Of a stretch of DNA of 64,000 bases, positions 46,174 to 59,423 are shown piece by piece. The notes under the pieces were generated by a model. It saw only the letters and a list, made by a program, of their open reading frames with translations, ran no database searches and was not told the DNA's origin. The stretch is from contig JAIVFI010000002.1 of NCBI GenBank assembly GCA_025558095.1, forward strand, positions 868,001 through 932,000. Reading direction: 5' to 3'. The stretch's first letter is position 1. The number at the start of each line of letters is the position of its first letter. Position numbers and translations under genes: made by a program. The DNA is from Hyaloraphidium curvatum SAG 235-1 (lineage: Eukaryota; Fungi; Monoblepharomycota).

Positions 46174-49100
46174 ATGCTCGCGGCGGACGAGGACGAATTT
46201 GTGGACGCGGCCGCTTCGCCCGCGTCTGCGGCCTCTGCGCCGCGGCGCGCTTCCGCCCGTGCGCGCCCCTCCGCCGCCGCAATGTCGCCGCTGCCGAGCG
46301 CGCCCGCAGCGCCGCACGCCGCGGTCGTCGGCGCCGGCGGCGCGGACGCGGCTGATCCCGGCCCCGCGGAGCCCGCGCTCGACGCCGCGGATCCGGAACC
46401 CGAACCCACGGACTTGGCGGTCAAACAGGAGCCCGTCGAAACGCCCTCGAAATCCTCCCGTCCCTCGAAACGGTACTCCACGCCGGGCGGCATGGTTTCA
46501 TTCGCCGCGGAGGCCGCGCCGACGCCGGCAAAGGAGGAGCCCGAGGGCCCCGTCCAGCGGCTGATCATGACCAAGATGGTCCTCGTCAACTTCAAATCCT
46601 ACGCCGGCCGCATCGAGGTCGGCCCCTTCCACCAGGTTCGTTGCGTCGGGCGGACCGCGGCGGGAAAACCCGTGACCGTTCCCGCGCCCGCCAGTCCTTC
46701 ACTTCCATCGTCGGCCCCAACGGGTCCGGCAAATCCAACGTCATCGACGCCCTCCTCTTCGTCTTTGGCTGGGCCGCCAAGAAGCTGCGCCACAGCAAGG
46801 TCGAGCACCTGATCCACAACTCGGCCAAGCACCCCAACCTGCCCTCGTGCTCGGTCGAGGTATACTTCGAGGAGATCGTCGAGCGGCCCGGGCTCCCCTC
46901 CGAAAGAGTACCGGGGTCGGAGCTGGTCGTCAGCAGGACGGGGACGAGGAGCGGCGGGAGCCAGTACCACATCAACGGGCGGTCGCGGACGAGGGAGGAG
47001 GTCCGCGACGCCATGAAGGCCAAGGGGGTGGACTTGGACCACAACCGGTTCCTCATCCTCCAGGTTCGCATCGCCCGCCGTTTTCCGCGGGCGTTGTACT
47101 GACTGCCGCCGGGCAGGGCGAGGTCGAGTCGATCGCGCTCATGCCTCCGAAGGGCAAGAATGAGAACGAGGAAGGCCTGCTCGAGTACCTCGAGGACATC
47201 ATCGGCACCAACGTCTACAAGGAGACGATCGAGACAAAGGTCAAGGAGCTCGAGGAGCTCAACGAGGAGCGCCAGGAACGGCTGAACCGCGTGCGCATCG
47301 TCGAGAAGGAGCGCAACGCGCTTGAGGGGCGAAAGAACGAGGCCGAGGCGTTCCTGCGGACCGAAAACGACCTGACCAAGCACAGAAACAAGCTCTGGCA
47401 GCACCAGGCCTCGCGGGCGAGGAAGGCTGCCGAGAGCCTGGGCAAGGAGGTGGCGGCGCTGGAGGAGACGCTGGCGGCGGAGCGGGAAAAGCACCGCGGC
47501 CTGCAAGAGACGGTCGCCGAGGCTGAGAAGAAGTTCGAAGTCATGAAGCGCGAGTACGAGACGCTCGGCAAGAAGGCGATCGAGGCGCAGGAAGAGATGG
47601 CCAAAGCGGAGAAGGAGGACATCCGCCTCTCGGAGAACCTGAAGCACCTCAAGACCAAAGCCAAGAAGCTGGAAAAGGCCCTGGAGAAGGACAAGCACTC
47701 GATCGTCGAGCTGGAGACCACCATCCAGAACTGCGAGGACGACATGGCCAAGGGGGCGCGGGAGCTGGAGCAGCTGACGGCGGCCAAGGCGAAGGAGGAG
47801 AAGGCGCTCGAAGAGATCCGCGAGAGCCTCAAGGGTGCGGTACCGTGTTGCGCTCCTCCAGAACGCGAAGCCGATCGTTCCATCCGCCACGTCAGGCAAG
47901 ACCGAGGTCTTCCAGCAGCAGATCGAGAAGAAGCAACGCGAGCTGGCGCCGTGGCTGGAGAAAATTGGTGCGGCCCAGGGACGGCTCGACGTCTGCCGCT
48001 CCGAGCACGAGATCCTGGAGGGGCGTACCAGTGCGGTGCACAAGGCCAAGGAGCAGGCCAAGGCGGACGATGCTCAGGTCGCGGCGACCCTCAAGGAGAA
48101 GGAGGCGGAGCTCAAGGACCTGCACAAAAAGAAGACCAAGCTGTCCGGCAAGACCGATGAGTACCGCCGAAACCTGGAGGTGCGCGCTCAGGGGACGGTT
48201 GAGATCGCTTGCCTGACGGGTCGCCCCCCCCATTCCAGGAGGCACAGGCGCAGGAGAACGCTCTCAAGGAGCGGGTGCTCAAGGCGCGCCAGAAGTGCGA
48301 GGAAGCCAGGTTCTCCATGCAGGCTGCGACGTCCCGCAGCCAGGTCATCTCGATCCTCATGAAGGAGCGTGACTCCGGCAGGCTCAAGGGCATCTTTGTG
48401 AGTTGAGTCCTCGTACGTGTCTCTGCACCCAACGTAATCCAATCCACACAGGGCCGCTTGGGGGATCTCGGCACCATTGAGGACAAGTACGACGTCGCGA
48501 TTTCCAGCGCAGTTCCCCAGCTTGACCAGATCGTGGTCGCCGACGTCGAGACGGCGCAGAAGTGCATCGAGGTCCTCAAGCAAAAGAACGGCGGCCGTGC
48601 GACGTTCATCACCTTGGACAAGCTGGCGCAAAAGGACATGTCGCCGGTCGACACGCCCGAGGGGGTCTCGAGGCTTTTCGATCTCATCAAGCCCAAGGAC
48701 GCCAAGTTCCTTCCTGCCTTTTTCTTCGTCATCGAGAACACTCTCGTTGCCAGCAACATGGAGCAGGCGAACCGGATCGCCTACGGCAAGCAGCGCTGGC
48801 GAGTCGTCACGCTGGACGGCCAGCTGATCGACAAGGCCGGCACCATGACGGGCGGCGGGTCCAAGCCGTCTCGGGGGCTCATGAGCTCCAAGCCGGTTTC
48901 GGATGGCGCTTCGCAGACCGAGGTCGCGTCTCTCGAGTCGGCCTGGCAGGAGGAGGAGGACAAGCTCAAGCAGCTGCAGGGCATCATGGCCGAGATCCAG
49001 GGCCAGATCGACAAGATCGACAAGGAGCTGCCCGCGATCGGCATGGCCCTCTCCAAGATCGCAATGGAGATCAAGTCGCTGCATCAGCAGAAGGCAGACA

Positions 49101-50753
49101 TCGCTCAGAAGCTGGTTGATCTCGAGTACGTGTCCTGCACTTCGTCTTGAACGCTGCAGTTGCGCTGACATCATGAGCAGGCAGCAGACGCCTGACGAGG
49201 CCGACATCCAGCGGATGAAGGAGCTGTCGAAGCAGATGGCCGGCCACGAGCAGGAGATCGCGACCCTGAAGAAGTCTTCATCCAAAATCGAGGACGGGAT
49301 CAAAGAGCTGCAGGAAAAGATCATGGAAGTCGGCGGCGTCCGGCTTCGTTCGCAGCAGGCCAAGGTCGACGGCATGAACTCGCAGATCGACGCGCTCAAT
49401 GACCAGGCGACCAAGCTCAAGGTCTCGCAAGCGGCGGCCGAGAAGAACATCCAGAAGGCGCGGAAGGCGGTCGAGAAGTCGGAGCAAGAGCTGGAGGAAA
49501 CCAACACCAAGCGCACCGAGATCGAGACGGAGAAGGAGCAGAAGACGCAGATTGCGATCGCTGTCAAGGCGCGGTGCGAGGAGGCGCAGAAGGTGGTTTG
49601 CACATCCGTGCGACGGCTCGATCCCGTACTGAGTATTCTTTACGTAGCTCATGGACGTGAAGAAGGCGCAGCTGGACGAGATCAAGGTCGAGGTGGATGA
49701 AGCAGACAACGCGATCAAGAAGCTTCGGAAGATGGAGGTCTGTCGGTTCGATGCTTCCTTCGTACAACTGCTCACGATTCTTCTGCTGCAGGTCGAAATG
49801 ACCGCTCAGATGGAGGAGAAGAAGCGGGAGCAGACTTCGAACGACAAGGCGGTCGCGCATTGGCAGAGGCAGCTCAAGGAACTGACGCTGCAGAAGCTCG
49901 GTCTATCGGAGGAGGAGGACCAGGAGGAACTCCCCACCTTTGCAGACGAGGATTTGGAGGACCTGGATGTTGCGGCCATGGAGTCGGAAATGGCTGACAT
50001 GGAGGCCACGCTGGAATCCGCGCAGCCCAACCTCGGCGTCTTGGCGGAGTACAAGCAACGCCAGGAAGAGTACGAGGCGCGGGTGACGGAGCTTGTCCAA
50101 GCCACTCTGGCCAGGGACGCCGTGAAGGAGGTCTACGACGGCCTGCGCAAGCGGCGGCTCGAAGAGTTCATGAAGGGCTTCACGGCCATTTCTCTCAAGC
50201 TCAAGGAGATGTACCAGGTCCGTCTGCATTCCCGATCGCCTGGTTTTCTGCTGACGTCGCCCGCAGATGATCACCTTGGGCGGGAACACGGAACTCGAGC
50301 TGGTCGATAGCTTGGATCCCTTCTCCGAAGGCGTGATTTTCAGCGTCATGCCGCCGAAGAAGAGCTGGAAGAACATCCAAAACCTGTCGGGTGGGGAGAA
50401 GACCCTCAGCTCCCTGGCGCTCGTCTTTGCGCTGCACCATTTCAAGCCCACGCCGCTCTACGTGATGGACGAGATCGACGCCGCCCTCGACTTCCGCAAC
50501 GTCTCCATCGTTGCCAACTACATCAAGGAGCGGACGAAGAACGCGCAGTTTGTCATCATCAGCCTGCGGAACAACATGTTCGAGCTCGCGGATCGGCTTG
50601 TGGGCATCTACAAGACGGACTCTTGCACAAAGGTACGAGAGCATGCGATTCCACAGTCTAGCTGTGCGCTGACGCATCTATTGGCAGACCGTCGCCATCA
50701 ATCCATTTGCGGAGAATCTCCTTCGGCCTCTCAACGATGTGGCCGTCCAATGA
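46174..50753 (+). CDS. SMC4: Condensin subunit Smc4; multi-exon
   Basis: NFKSYAG...GPFH, IVGPNGSGKSNVIDALLFVFG, HNRFLILQGEVESIALMPPK, hinge GRLGDLG, LSGGEKTLSSLAL..PTPLYVMDEIDAALD. Confidence 0.97.
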
Positions 50754-50778
50754 TCAATGTAGTTCTCAATTATTGCAC

Positions 50779-52178
50779 TCATTCATCGTCGTCATCGAAC
50801 TTGATGCTGTTGCTCTCAAAGTCAATGCTGCCCCCGCGGTATGACCCCCTGGGCAAGAACGATCAGCTCCGTCGTCCATGAGTTCTAGAGCTGGTCTCAC
50901 CTCTTCTTCTTGGTCTTTTCCTGTCGAAATCCTTTGCCGCGTGTGACGATCAAGTCCAAGTGGGCCTTGTAGCCGAAATCGTTTGTCTTGTGCTGGTGTT
51001 GATCACGTCAATTCCAACGCCGCCGTCCGGGATGCATACGGGACACTTGCCTTCTTCGCCGCCAGGAAGGAATTGTCCTTGAGCCGCTCGTCCACAAACT
51101 CCACAGTGGTCGGATCGACCCTCTGGAACGGGGTACCCTTCTTCGAGGATGCATTGCCGTTCGCGCTGCCCGAATTCGACGCCTGCTTCGTGCCCGCAGG
51201 TGTAACCTTTCCGGCGTCCTCGTCCTTCTTGTGTTTCTTGGCGGGCGGGGGGGCCTTCTTGGCCTTCTTCTCGGATTCCGACTCGCTCGACGAATCCGAG
51301 CTCGAGTCAGAACTCGATGACTCTGAAGAAGAGCTGGACGACGAAGAGCGCTGCCTCTTCGCGCCACCGGTAGCCACCCCGTTGCCCGCTTTTGATGCCG
51401 AAGCACCGTTTGCCGGTTTCGCAGCGGGCCTTTCGTCCTCCGACGAATCGCTATCGCTCGTGTCGCTCGAAGAGCTGGAGCTACTGTCGTCTTGAGGAGC
51501 AGCCGCTGCCCCCGCTTTCTTCACCGATGCCTTCGCCTCTGCAGCGGCCTTCGTGACCGCCGGCGCCTCATCTTCAGAAGATTCGCTATCGCTCGACGAG
51601 TCGCTCTCGCTCGAGGAACTGGAGCTGCTGTCCGCCGCCGCCGCGGCAACGGCTTTAGGCTTCGGTGCGACCGCCTTTTTCGGCTTAGGCGCCGGCGCCT
51701 CATCTTCCGAAGACTCGCTGTCACTAGACGAGCTCGAGGAGCTCGAGCTGGCGCTGGACGCCTCGGCCTGCGCGGCCTTTGGCTTCGTCGCACTGGTGGC
51801 CTTGGTGGCCCCATAGTCATAGGGAATAGCGTTCATGGTCTTTGCGACCGGTGCGGCTTTTTTCGGTGCCAGCTTCTCATCCTCAGACGAGCTCGAGCTG
51901 CCGTCCGAGTCCGAGCTGTCGGAATCGTCGGTAGCCTGGCTCTTGGCCAGGATCGGCTCCACAGCGGCTAGGAAGTCCCCAGTGGCCACTTGAAGCTGCT
52001 GAGGTTTCTCCTGAAATCAAGGTGTTGGCGAGGATGAAAGAGAGATTGCAGCAGAACTAACCAGTTTGGCTTCCGCGAGCAAGGACGCCGCGGTCTTTGG
52101 AAGACCACCCTCGCCGGCCAGGTAACCATATATGAAGCTCAGAAGCTTCGCCTTCTCGGCGGACAGCTTCTTCCCCAT
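50779..52178 (-). CDS. SRP40: Nucleolar chaperone Srp40/Nopp140; multi-exon
   Basis: LisH-like N-terminus, alternating Ser/acidic and Lys/Ala blocks; SRP40_C: PFQRVD...DNSF...[30 protein letters not shown]. Confidence 0.92.
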
Positions 52179-52302
52179 CGTGGAAGCGCTGAAAATGGGA
52201 AAACGGGTTCGTTTGTGTTCTTGTTTGCAAGAGATTGTGCGCAACCGCGCGGGTCCTCGTTCAGTCGCGCCGCTGCTATATCGCTGGCTTCCTCCGGACG
52301 AA

Positions 52303-53505
<1,203 letters not shown>

Positions 53506-53634
53506 CGGCTATGTAGATATCCCATTGCCGAAAATACCCACGTGACATCGCCGGCCAACTGTTCGTGGCAGGTTGTGTCGTCGGCTTGACGGCCGGGTTA
53601 CCGGGCGCTGCGTTCACCTCGACCTCGGACCACG

Positions 53635-54291
53635 ATGTCGTCCCTTCGGAACCGGTTCAGCAGTGTCCGCATCCCGTGCGTTATCTTGCGCAGTGCCGCA
53701 CGAGCGGCGACGGGCCCTGACCGCTATTCTTCGTTCCCCACGGCGACACCCTGTGCCCGCCTCGCGATGCGCGACGCCCTCCCTCCCCGCCGCGAATCCC
53801 GCGATCCGCCCGCCCTCCGCGCTCCTCCTTGATGATGGCAGCGTGGACACATGGCTGCCGTTCGTGATGATTATCGGCATGTTTGCCGTGGCGCGGTACG
53901 GCCTCATGTTCACCCAGCGGTGGGAGAACGAGTGGAAGGTGGGAATCCGGCCGTGCGGCGGACAGTTGGCGGTCTAGTGGATCTTTGGAGCTCCCTCTGC
54001 TCAATTTGGAGCATCTGGACGGGGATTGGTGCAGGCGGGCCGCGTTGTGGACGGTTCCTAACATTCACCCATCGGCAGCCGAAACGGTGGCGGGTGGACG
54101 AGTGGGACCGGCAGATGATGATTCGGGATCAGCGATTGACCGGGAAGATTCGCGAGCAAGCCGTGAGTGCCTCATCTCTGCGGCCGGGGAGCTCGGGCCT
54201 AACGTCTTCGCTCTGCTAGGCGAATGCCGAGGCTCCCGTCGAGTTTGAGACCAACTCCAAGTGGAACCTCGAGCGGACGTCGCTGGCTTGA
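53635..54291 (+). CDS. Complex I subunit NDUFA1 (MWFE)-like; multi-exon
   Basis: TWLPFVMIIGMFAV..., PKRWRVDEWDRQMMIRDQRLTG, EAPVEFETNSKW match the fungal MWFE subunit pattern. Confidence 0.82.
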
Positions 54292-54527
54292 TTGAGTCAT
54301 TCCTGTTCACGCTGTAGACGGGACCGTGGGATGTGACCTAATATCAAGCACTTCTGCGGATCCGTGTCGTTCCGTGTCAGTCCCTCGGGGGAAGTAAGCT
54401 TGGTCTGTGCAGTGAAACGAACAGCCAAGGCTGGAATGTGCAGGAAACGAACAGTCTGAGTCCAGCTACCGCTAGTCTATCTTGACATCGCCAATCTACG
54501 AATACATCTAGAAATCAAGCATGAAAC

Positions 54528-56060
54528 TCATTCCTCGTCCGAGTCGAAAGTGACCTTTGTCGCCTTGACGCTCATGTCGACGTCCTTCGCGAACGCTCCG
54601 TAGTTGGGGTCCAGCTTCTTCTTCACCGTGCCGCCGAACGCACGGAGGCTGTCGGGCACGGCCTGGCCCGCGTCCCGGAGCACGTTCGCCAGCGCAGCGG
54701 CGAGGTGCTTCTCGGCCGACGTGAAGAAGGTGTAGCTGGTGCCGGTGGCACCGCCGCGCGCGGTGCGGCCGATGCGGTGCACGTAGTCCTCGATGGTGAG
54801 CGGAAACGTGACGTTGATGACCGCCTCGACGGCGGGGATGTCCAGGCCCCTCGCGGCGACATCGGTCGCGACGCAGATGGGCGACGAGCCGCTCTTGAAG
54901 TCGGCGAGCGCCTTGGTGCGCTGGTTCTGGGACAGGTCCCCGTGAATCCCCGTGACGGCGTAGCCGCGGCGGCGGATGGTCTCCTCGAGCCGTGCCGCCT
55001 CCTTCTTGTAGAGGGCGAACACGAGGACCTTGCTCTTGCCGGCCTTGCCGTGCACCTTGGCGAGCACCTCGAAGAGCCGCTTGTCCTTGTCGTGCTGCTC
55101 CATGACCTCGACGTGCTGCGTGATCTTTTCGTTGGCCTGCAGCTCCGCCGCGCCGATGGTCACCCGGATGGGCTCCTTGAGGAACTCGCTGGCCAGCTTG
55201 CGGATTGCGGGCGGCCACGTGGCCGAGAACATCGCCGTCTGGTGCGGGTTCTTGATCTTGCTGATGATGGTCCGGACGTCCTTCTCGAATCCCATGTCGA
55301 GCATGCGGTCCGCCTCGTCTAGGACGAGGAACGAGACGCTGTCGAGCCGGCATGCGCCCTCCTCCATCAGATCCAACAGCCTGCCCGGGGTCGCGACCGC
55401 GACGTGCACGCCCCGGCTGAGGGCCTGCTTCTGCTCGCCCTTGGACACGCCGCCGTAGATGCACACCGAGGTGACGCCCGAGGTCGCCTCGTGCTTGGCA
55501 AACGTCTCCTGGATCTGCATCGCGAGCTCTCGCGTGGGGGCAAGCACCAGGCCGGGGAAGAAGGGGGCCTTGGGGAGGTGCTTGAGCCCGCGGATGTGGT
55601 TGAACAGGGGAATGCCGAAGCCAAGCGTCTTGCCCGAGCCGGTGCGGGCGATGCCGATGACGTCCCGCCCACGCAGGAGGATCGGCCAGGTGCATGCCTG
55701 CACCGGGGTGGGGGCCGTGAAGGCGCTCAGCACCTCGATGAGGGCCGCAGGCAGGGCAAGGTCCGAGAACTTGAGCACGGGCTGGAACTCGGCGTCGCCG
55801 CCCTCCACCGAGATGGAGTTGGCGGCAAAGTACGAGTCGCGGTCCACCACCGCGCCCTCCGGGGCGGTCTTTTGCTTCTTGGCCTTATCTTTGCCGGCCT
55901 CGCCGTCTCTTTTGCGCTTGCTTTTTTCCTTGGCCGGTTCTGGGGCTTCGCCCGCATTGTCTTCGGCAGCGGCCCTCCGGGCGACCTTCTCAGCCCGCTT
56001 CTGCTCTTTCCGTGCCCGCTTCAAAGCTTTCCGCTCCTCCTCTTCGGGCGTGCGTGCCAT
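54528..56060 (-). CDS. DBP3: DEAD-box RNA helicase Dbp3; intronless
   Basis: PTPVQ, ARTGSGKT, PTRELA, DEAD, SAT, HRIGRTAR; C-terminal FGGTVKKKLDPNYGAFAKDVD typical of Dbp3. Confidence 0.95.
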   Translation of the reverse strand: MARTPEEEERKALKRARKEQKRAEKVARRAAAEDNAGEAPEPAKEKSKRKRDGEAGKDKAKKQKTAPEGAVVDRDSYFAANSISVEGGDAEFQPVLKFSDLALPAALIEVLSAFTAPTPVQACTWPILLRGRDVIGIARTGSGKTLGFGIPLFNHIRGLKHLPKAPFFPGLVLAPTRELAMQIQETFAKHEATSGVTSVCIYGGVSKGEQKQALSRGVHVAVATPGRLLDLMEEGACRLDSVSFLVLDEADRMLDMGFEKDVRTIISKIKNPHQTAMFSATWPPAIRKLASEFLKEPIRVTIGAAELQANEKITQHVEVMEQHDKDKRLFEVLAKVHGKAGKSKVLVFALYKKEAARLEETIRRRGYAVTGIHGDLSQNQRTKALADFKSGSSPICVATDVAARGLDIPAVEAVINVTFPLTIEDYVHRIGRTARGGATGTSYTFFTSAEKHLAAALANVLRDAGQAVPDSLRAFGGTVKKKLDPNYGAFAKDVDMSVKATKVTFDSDEE

Positions 56061-56140
56061 TTTCTTGGGCGTATTTGTGATGTTTGGAGCGGCGTCCTTG
56101 CACTCATCACCCTCCTCCAACCGCCCTCGAACGCGCCGCC

Positions 56141-58238
56141 ATGTCGGGCAAACGCGTCGCGGACAGCCAGCTGAGCCCGGACAACATCGACGACGACGGC
56201 GACGAGGCGCCTGCGGGCGGCTTCGCGCGCGCGTCCGCCGACGTGTTGGAGAAGCGCGTCATCAAGGCGCCGAAGAGCAGGCTCAAGGCGGCGGCTGCGG
56301 GCGACGGCGCAGTGAGTCAGCGTTGCGCATTGTACTGCCGCGTACGTCTTACGCCGCACAGCCGAGTCCGTTCGCGGGGCTCGCCGCGCCGCAGCCGGCC
56401 GCCTTCTCGTTCGGCGCCGCCGCAAAGGGCCCCGCGCAGCCGGCCGCGTTCGCCTTCGCCGCGCCGTCGGCCGGATTCGCGTTCGGCGGCGCGCCCTCCG
56501 CGCCGAAACCGGCCGAGCCCGCGGGCCCCACGCCGCCGGCGCCCTTCAAGTTCGAGCTGGGCAAAACAGCCGCTGACAAGCCGGGCTTCGGATTCACGCC
56601 GCTGGGCTCGGCATCCGCGCCCGAGGCGAAGCCTCCGGCATTCTCCTTCGGATCGGGCGCGACACAGGCCCCGGATGCTGCGAAACCTCCCGCGTTCAGC
56701 TTCGGATCGGCCGGGACCGCGGGCGCGGACTCGGCGCCCAAACCGCCGACGTTCACATTCGGAGCCGCCCCCAGCCCGGCCACCGATGCGTCTTCCAAGC
56801 CGCCCGGGATTGCGTTCGGAGCTTCGGCCACACCGGCATCGGATGGCGCCAGCAAGGCCCCCGCCTTCGGCTTCGGCACAGCCGCCACGCCGGCTTCGGA
56901 CTCGGCCGCCCCTGCGAAGCCTGCCGGTGGCTTCACCTTCACCCCGCCGACGAAAGCTGTCGAGGGCGCGTCGCCTGCACCGGGCGGTTTCGTGTTCGCC
57001 CCCGCCAAGGCGGACCCTCCTGCACCCGCGCCTGCGTCGTTTTCTTTTGGCGCCAAGAGCAGCGGCTCCGAATACCAAACCTCCTTGCCCGCACCACCTA
57101 GCTTTGGCTCCAAGCCCCTCTCTTTCGGCACCGGAGCCGGTGGCAGCGCGTCTGCCGCCAGTTCTTCCTCCAAACCTTCCGAGGCCGATATGGAATCGTG
57201 CCTCTCGGACCTGCTGGGCTTGAACAAGGCGTACGTCAAGTTTCTGCAGCAGGAGATGGATGGCGATGACTTTGGCGACCTGGGCGCGGCGGCGGAGCAG
57301 TACCGGGATTTCAGGAAGGGCATCGAGGCCAAGTACCCCGAGGTGATCAAGCTGATGAAAGGGGAGAGGACAGGAGCTGCGGAAAAGGACAGTGGAAAAC
57401 CCGCGGCGCCTGCGCCGACAGTGGTGCCGCCGCCTGCCTCGTCCGCCCCGGCACCCTTGTTCGGGGCGGCAAGCACGGAAGCGCCCAAGTTTGGCGCGCC
57501 GGCGTCCGAGGCGCCGAAAGCCCCGGCTTCGCTCTTCAGTTTCGGCGGCGCCGCACCCGCTGCCCCGTCGCTCCCCGCCCCGCAGCCCGGCGGCGCCCCC
57601 GCATTCTCCTTTGGCGCCGCCGCGCCGGCCTTCGGAGCAGCGGCCCCTGCCGCGCCTGCGCCCGGAGGTTTCAAGTTCGGGGCGCCGACGGGGGCCGCGC
57701 CCGCCTTTTCGTTCGGCGGTCTGCCGGCGGCGCCGTCGGCCCCTCTGTTCGGCGGCATGGCGGCGTCGCATGCCGAGGACGGCGAAGGGGACGAGGACGG
57801 GGACGACGGCGCGATGGAGGACGAGGAGCCGCAGACGGACCGCTCGAAGCTCATGACGGGCGCGGGAGAAGGTTCGTTGCTCCATTGATTGGTGCCGGCG
57901 GCCCGCTCACGACCCCTGCAGAGGACGAGGAGACAAAGTTCGAAGTCAAGGCCAACATCTTCACCAAGAAGGAAGGCTGGGACAAGATCGGGAACGGTCT
58001 GTTGAAGCTGAATGTGGACAAGGCGACCGGCGCGGCGCGCTTGCTCGCGCGGACGGACAACTCTACCGTCGTGCTGAACCAGGCGCTGCACAAGGACATC
58101 AACGCAAAGGCCCTGAAGGACAAATGGATCTCGTTCGTGGGGATTCTGGACGGGAAGCCTAATCTCTTCGCGGTCCAGGTCAAGGAAAAAAGCGACGCGG
58201 AGAAGCTTCTGGAGCTCATGGAGGAGTACAAGGCCTAA
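56141..58238 (+). CDS. Nucleoporin Nup2/Nup50 (FG repeats + Ran-binding domain); multi-exon
   Basis: MSGKRVADSQLSPDN...RASADVLEKRVIK (NUP50 N-domain), many AFSFG repeats, GAGEEDE..KANIF..WDKIGNGLLKLN..ARLLAR (RanBD). Confidence 0.9.
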
Positions 58239-58303
58239 GGCGGGGCCTTGCGCAGCTCGTGCACCGCGGTCGTGTTTTGTAGCGCTGAACAACAAGCTCA
58301 GAC

Positions 58304-59278
58304 CTAGGCCTGTTTCCTTGGCGGTCCGAGGTGCACCATCAGTTTCGTGGGGTTCACCCGGTTCCTGTGCATCTGGACGTGCTCGATCCCCTGCTCCTGC
58401 AGCGCGGCCGCGATGGCCTCCCACGTGTTCTGCGTTTCCACGTCCGGCGGAAGCTCCGGCTGCTTCTGGTTCCGCTTGACCGGCTTCCGTTCGACCGTGA
58501 ACAGGACCTGGTACCCCTTGGAGAAGAACTGTCGCGCTCGTTCGATCTTTGTCTGCGGGTCCTGTCAGGCATGTCACCAAACCACAGGCACGAAAGGAAT
58601 CACCATCAGATCGTGCCGCGCGATCGACGTGTATATCTCCAGCTCCTTGACCACGGTCGCCACCTTCTTCTGGACCTGCTTCGGTTGCGGGGCTGCCGGC
58701 TTCTTCTCCGGCTCGGGCCAAACCAGCCGCGCGACGGGCGGCTTCGCCCTCGCGGCAACAATAAGGAGGTCCGGCAATCCGAGCTCCGGGTCCGCTTTGG
58801 ACTCGCGTAGGGTCATGGCCTCGGCAGCCGTCATGTTGGCCAGGCGCTCCCCTTCCGTGCCGATGAGCATGATGACCAGATTCGGATCGATCTCCTCGTT
58901 CTTTTGTCCGGCTTCAAGCTCGGAACCGTCGTCCTCCGTCTTCGGCTGCCTTTTCGACGCCGCCGGTTTGGGCGGCGCGGGAGCGGCACGCGTTGCAGCA
59001 CCCTGCTGCGGAGTCCTGGGCCCGCTCTGGGGTTTTTGAGGTGGCGGCCGCGGCGCATTCGGCCGGCTGCCAGCGTTCCCGGGCTGCCCCGGCGGCCGGG
59101 GCGGGCCCCGCTGCGTGTTCGGCGGACGAAGCCCGCCCTGGTTCGCGGGGCCGCCAGAGGCAGGTTTGGGCGTCGCGAGACCGCGTGACGCGCTCAGGCA
59201 GACAATGCAAGTGCGATGCGCCGACACGGTGGTCCGAACCGCCCGTAATGCGGTCAGAACGAGGGGTGGAGGGACCAT
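58304..59278 (-). CDS. Mitochondrial translation initiation factor IF-3-like
   Basis: Presequence; KNEEID..VIMLIGTEGE, DLLIV..KPPVARL, KELEI...IARHDLM|TKIERARQFFSKGYQV. Confidence 0.75.
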
Positions 59279-59423
59279 GTTGTTGCGGCGTTCCCGCGTC
59301 ACCACCCCACTGCCCTCCATCCTATCGTCGGGATCGAACAGTATGCGACACAGGAATCTTTAGATGCTTGGTGAAAGTACAGAAAAGCACCGCACAAGCA
59401 TCCGGCTACATCATGCTGCCGCC

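Noticed and set aside
51270-51935. Repeated Ser/acidic blocks resembling a spaced repeat array
   Set aside because: Normal low-complexity coding sequence of Srp40/Nopp140; not CRISPR, and the genome is eukaryotic.
53663-54079. Two long NDUFA1-like introns as possible ncRNA hosts
   Set aside because: No properly ordered box motifs with a terminal stem or guide were found.
56390-57760. Periodic AFSFG repeats
   Set aside because: Ordinary FG repeats of Nup2/Nup50.
56349-58721. Long antisense/alternate-frame ORFs (e.g. 790 aa here; also 29747-31189, 32216-33847, 46592-48061, 48188-49603)
   Set aside because: Shadow ORFs caused by high GC3 opposite real genes; no recognisable motifs.
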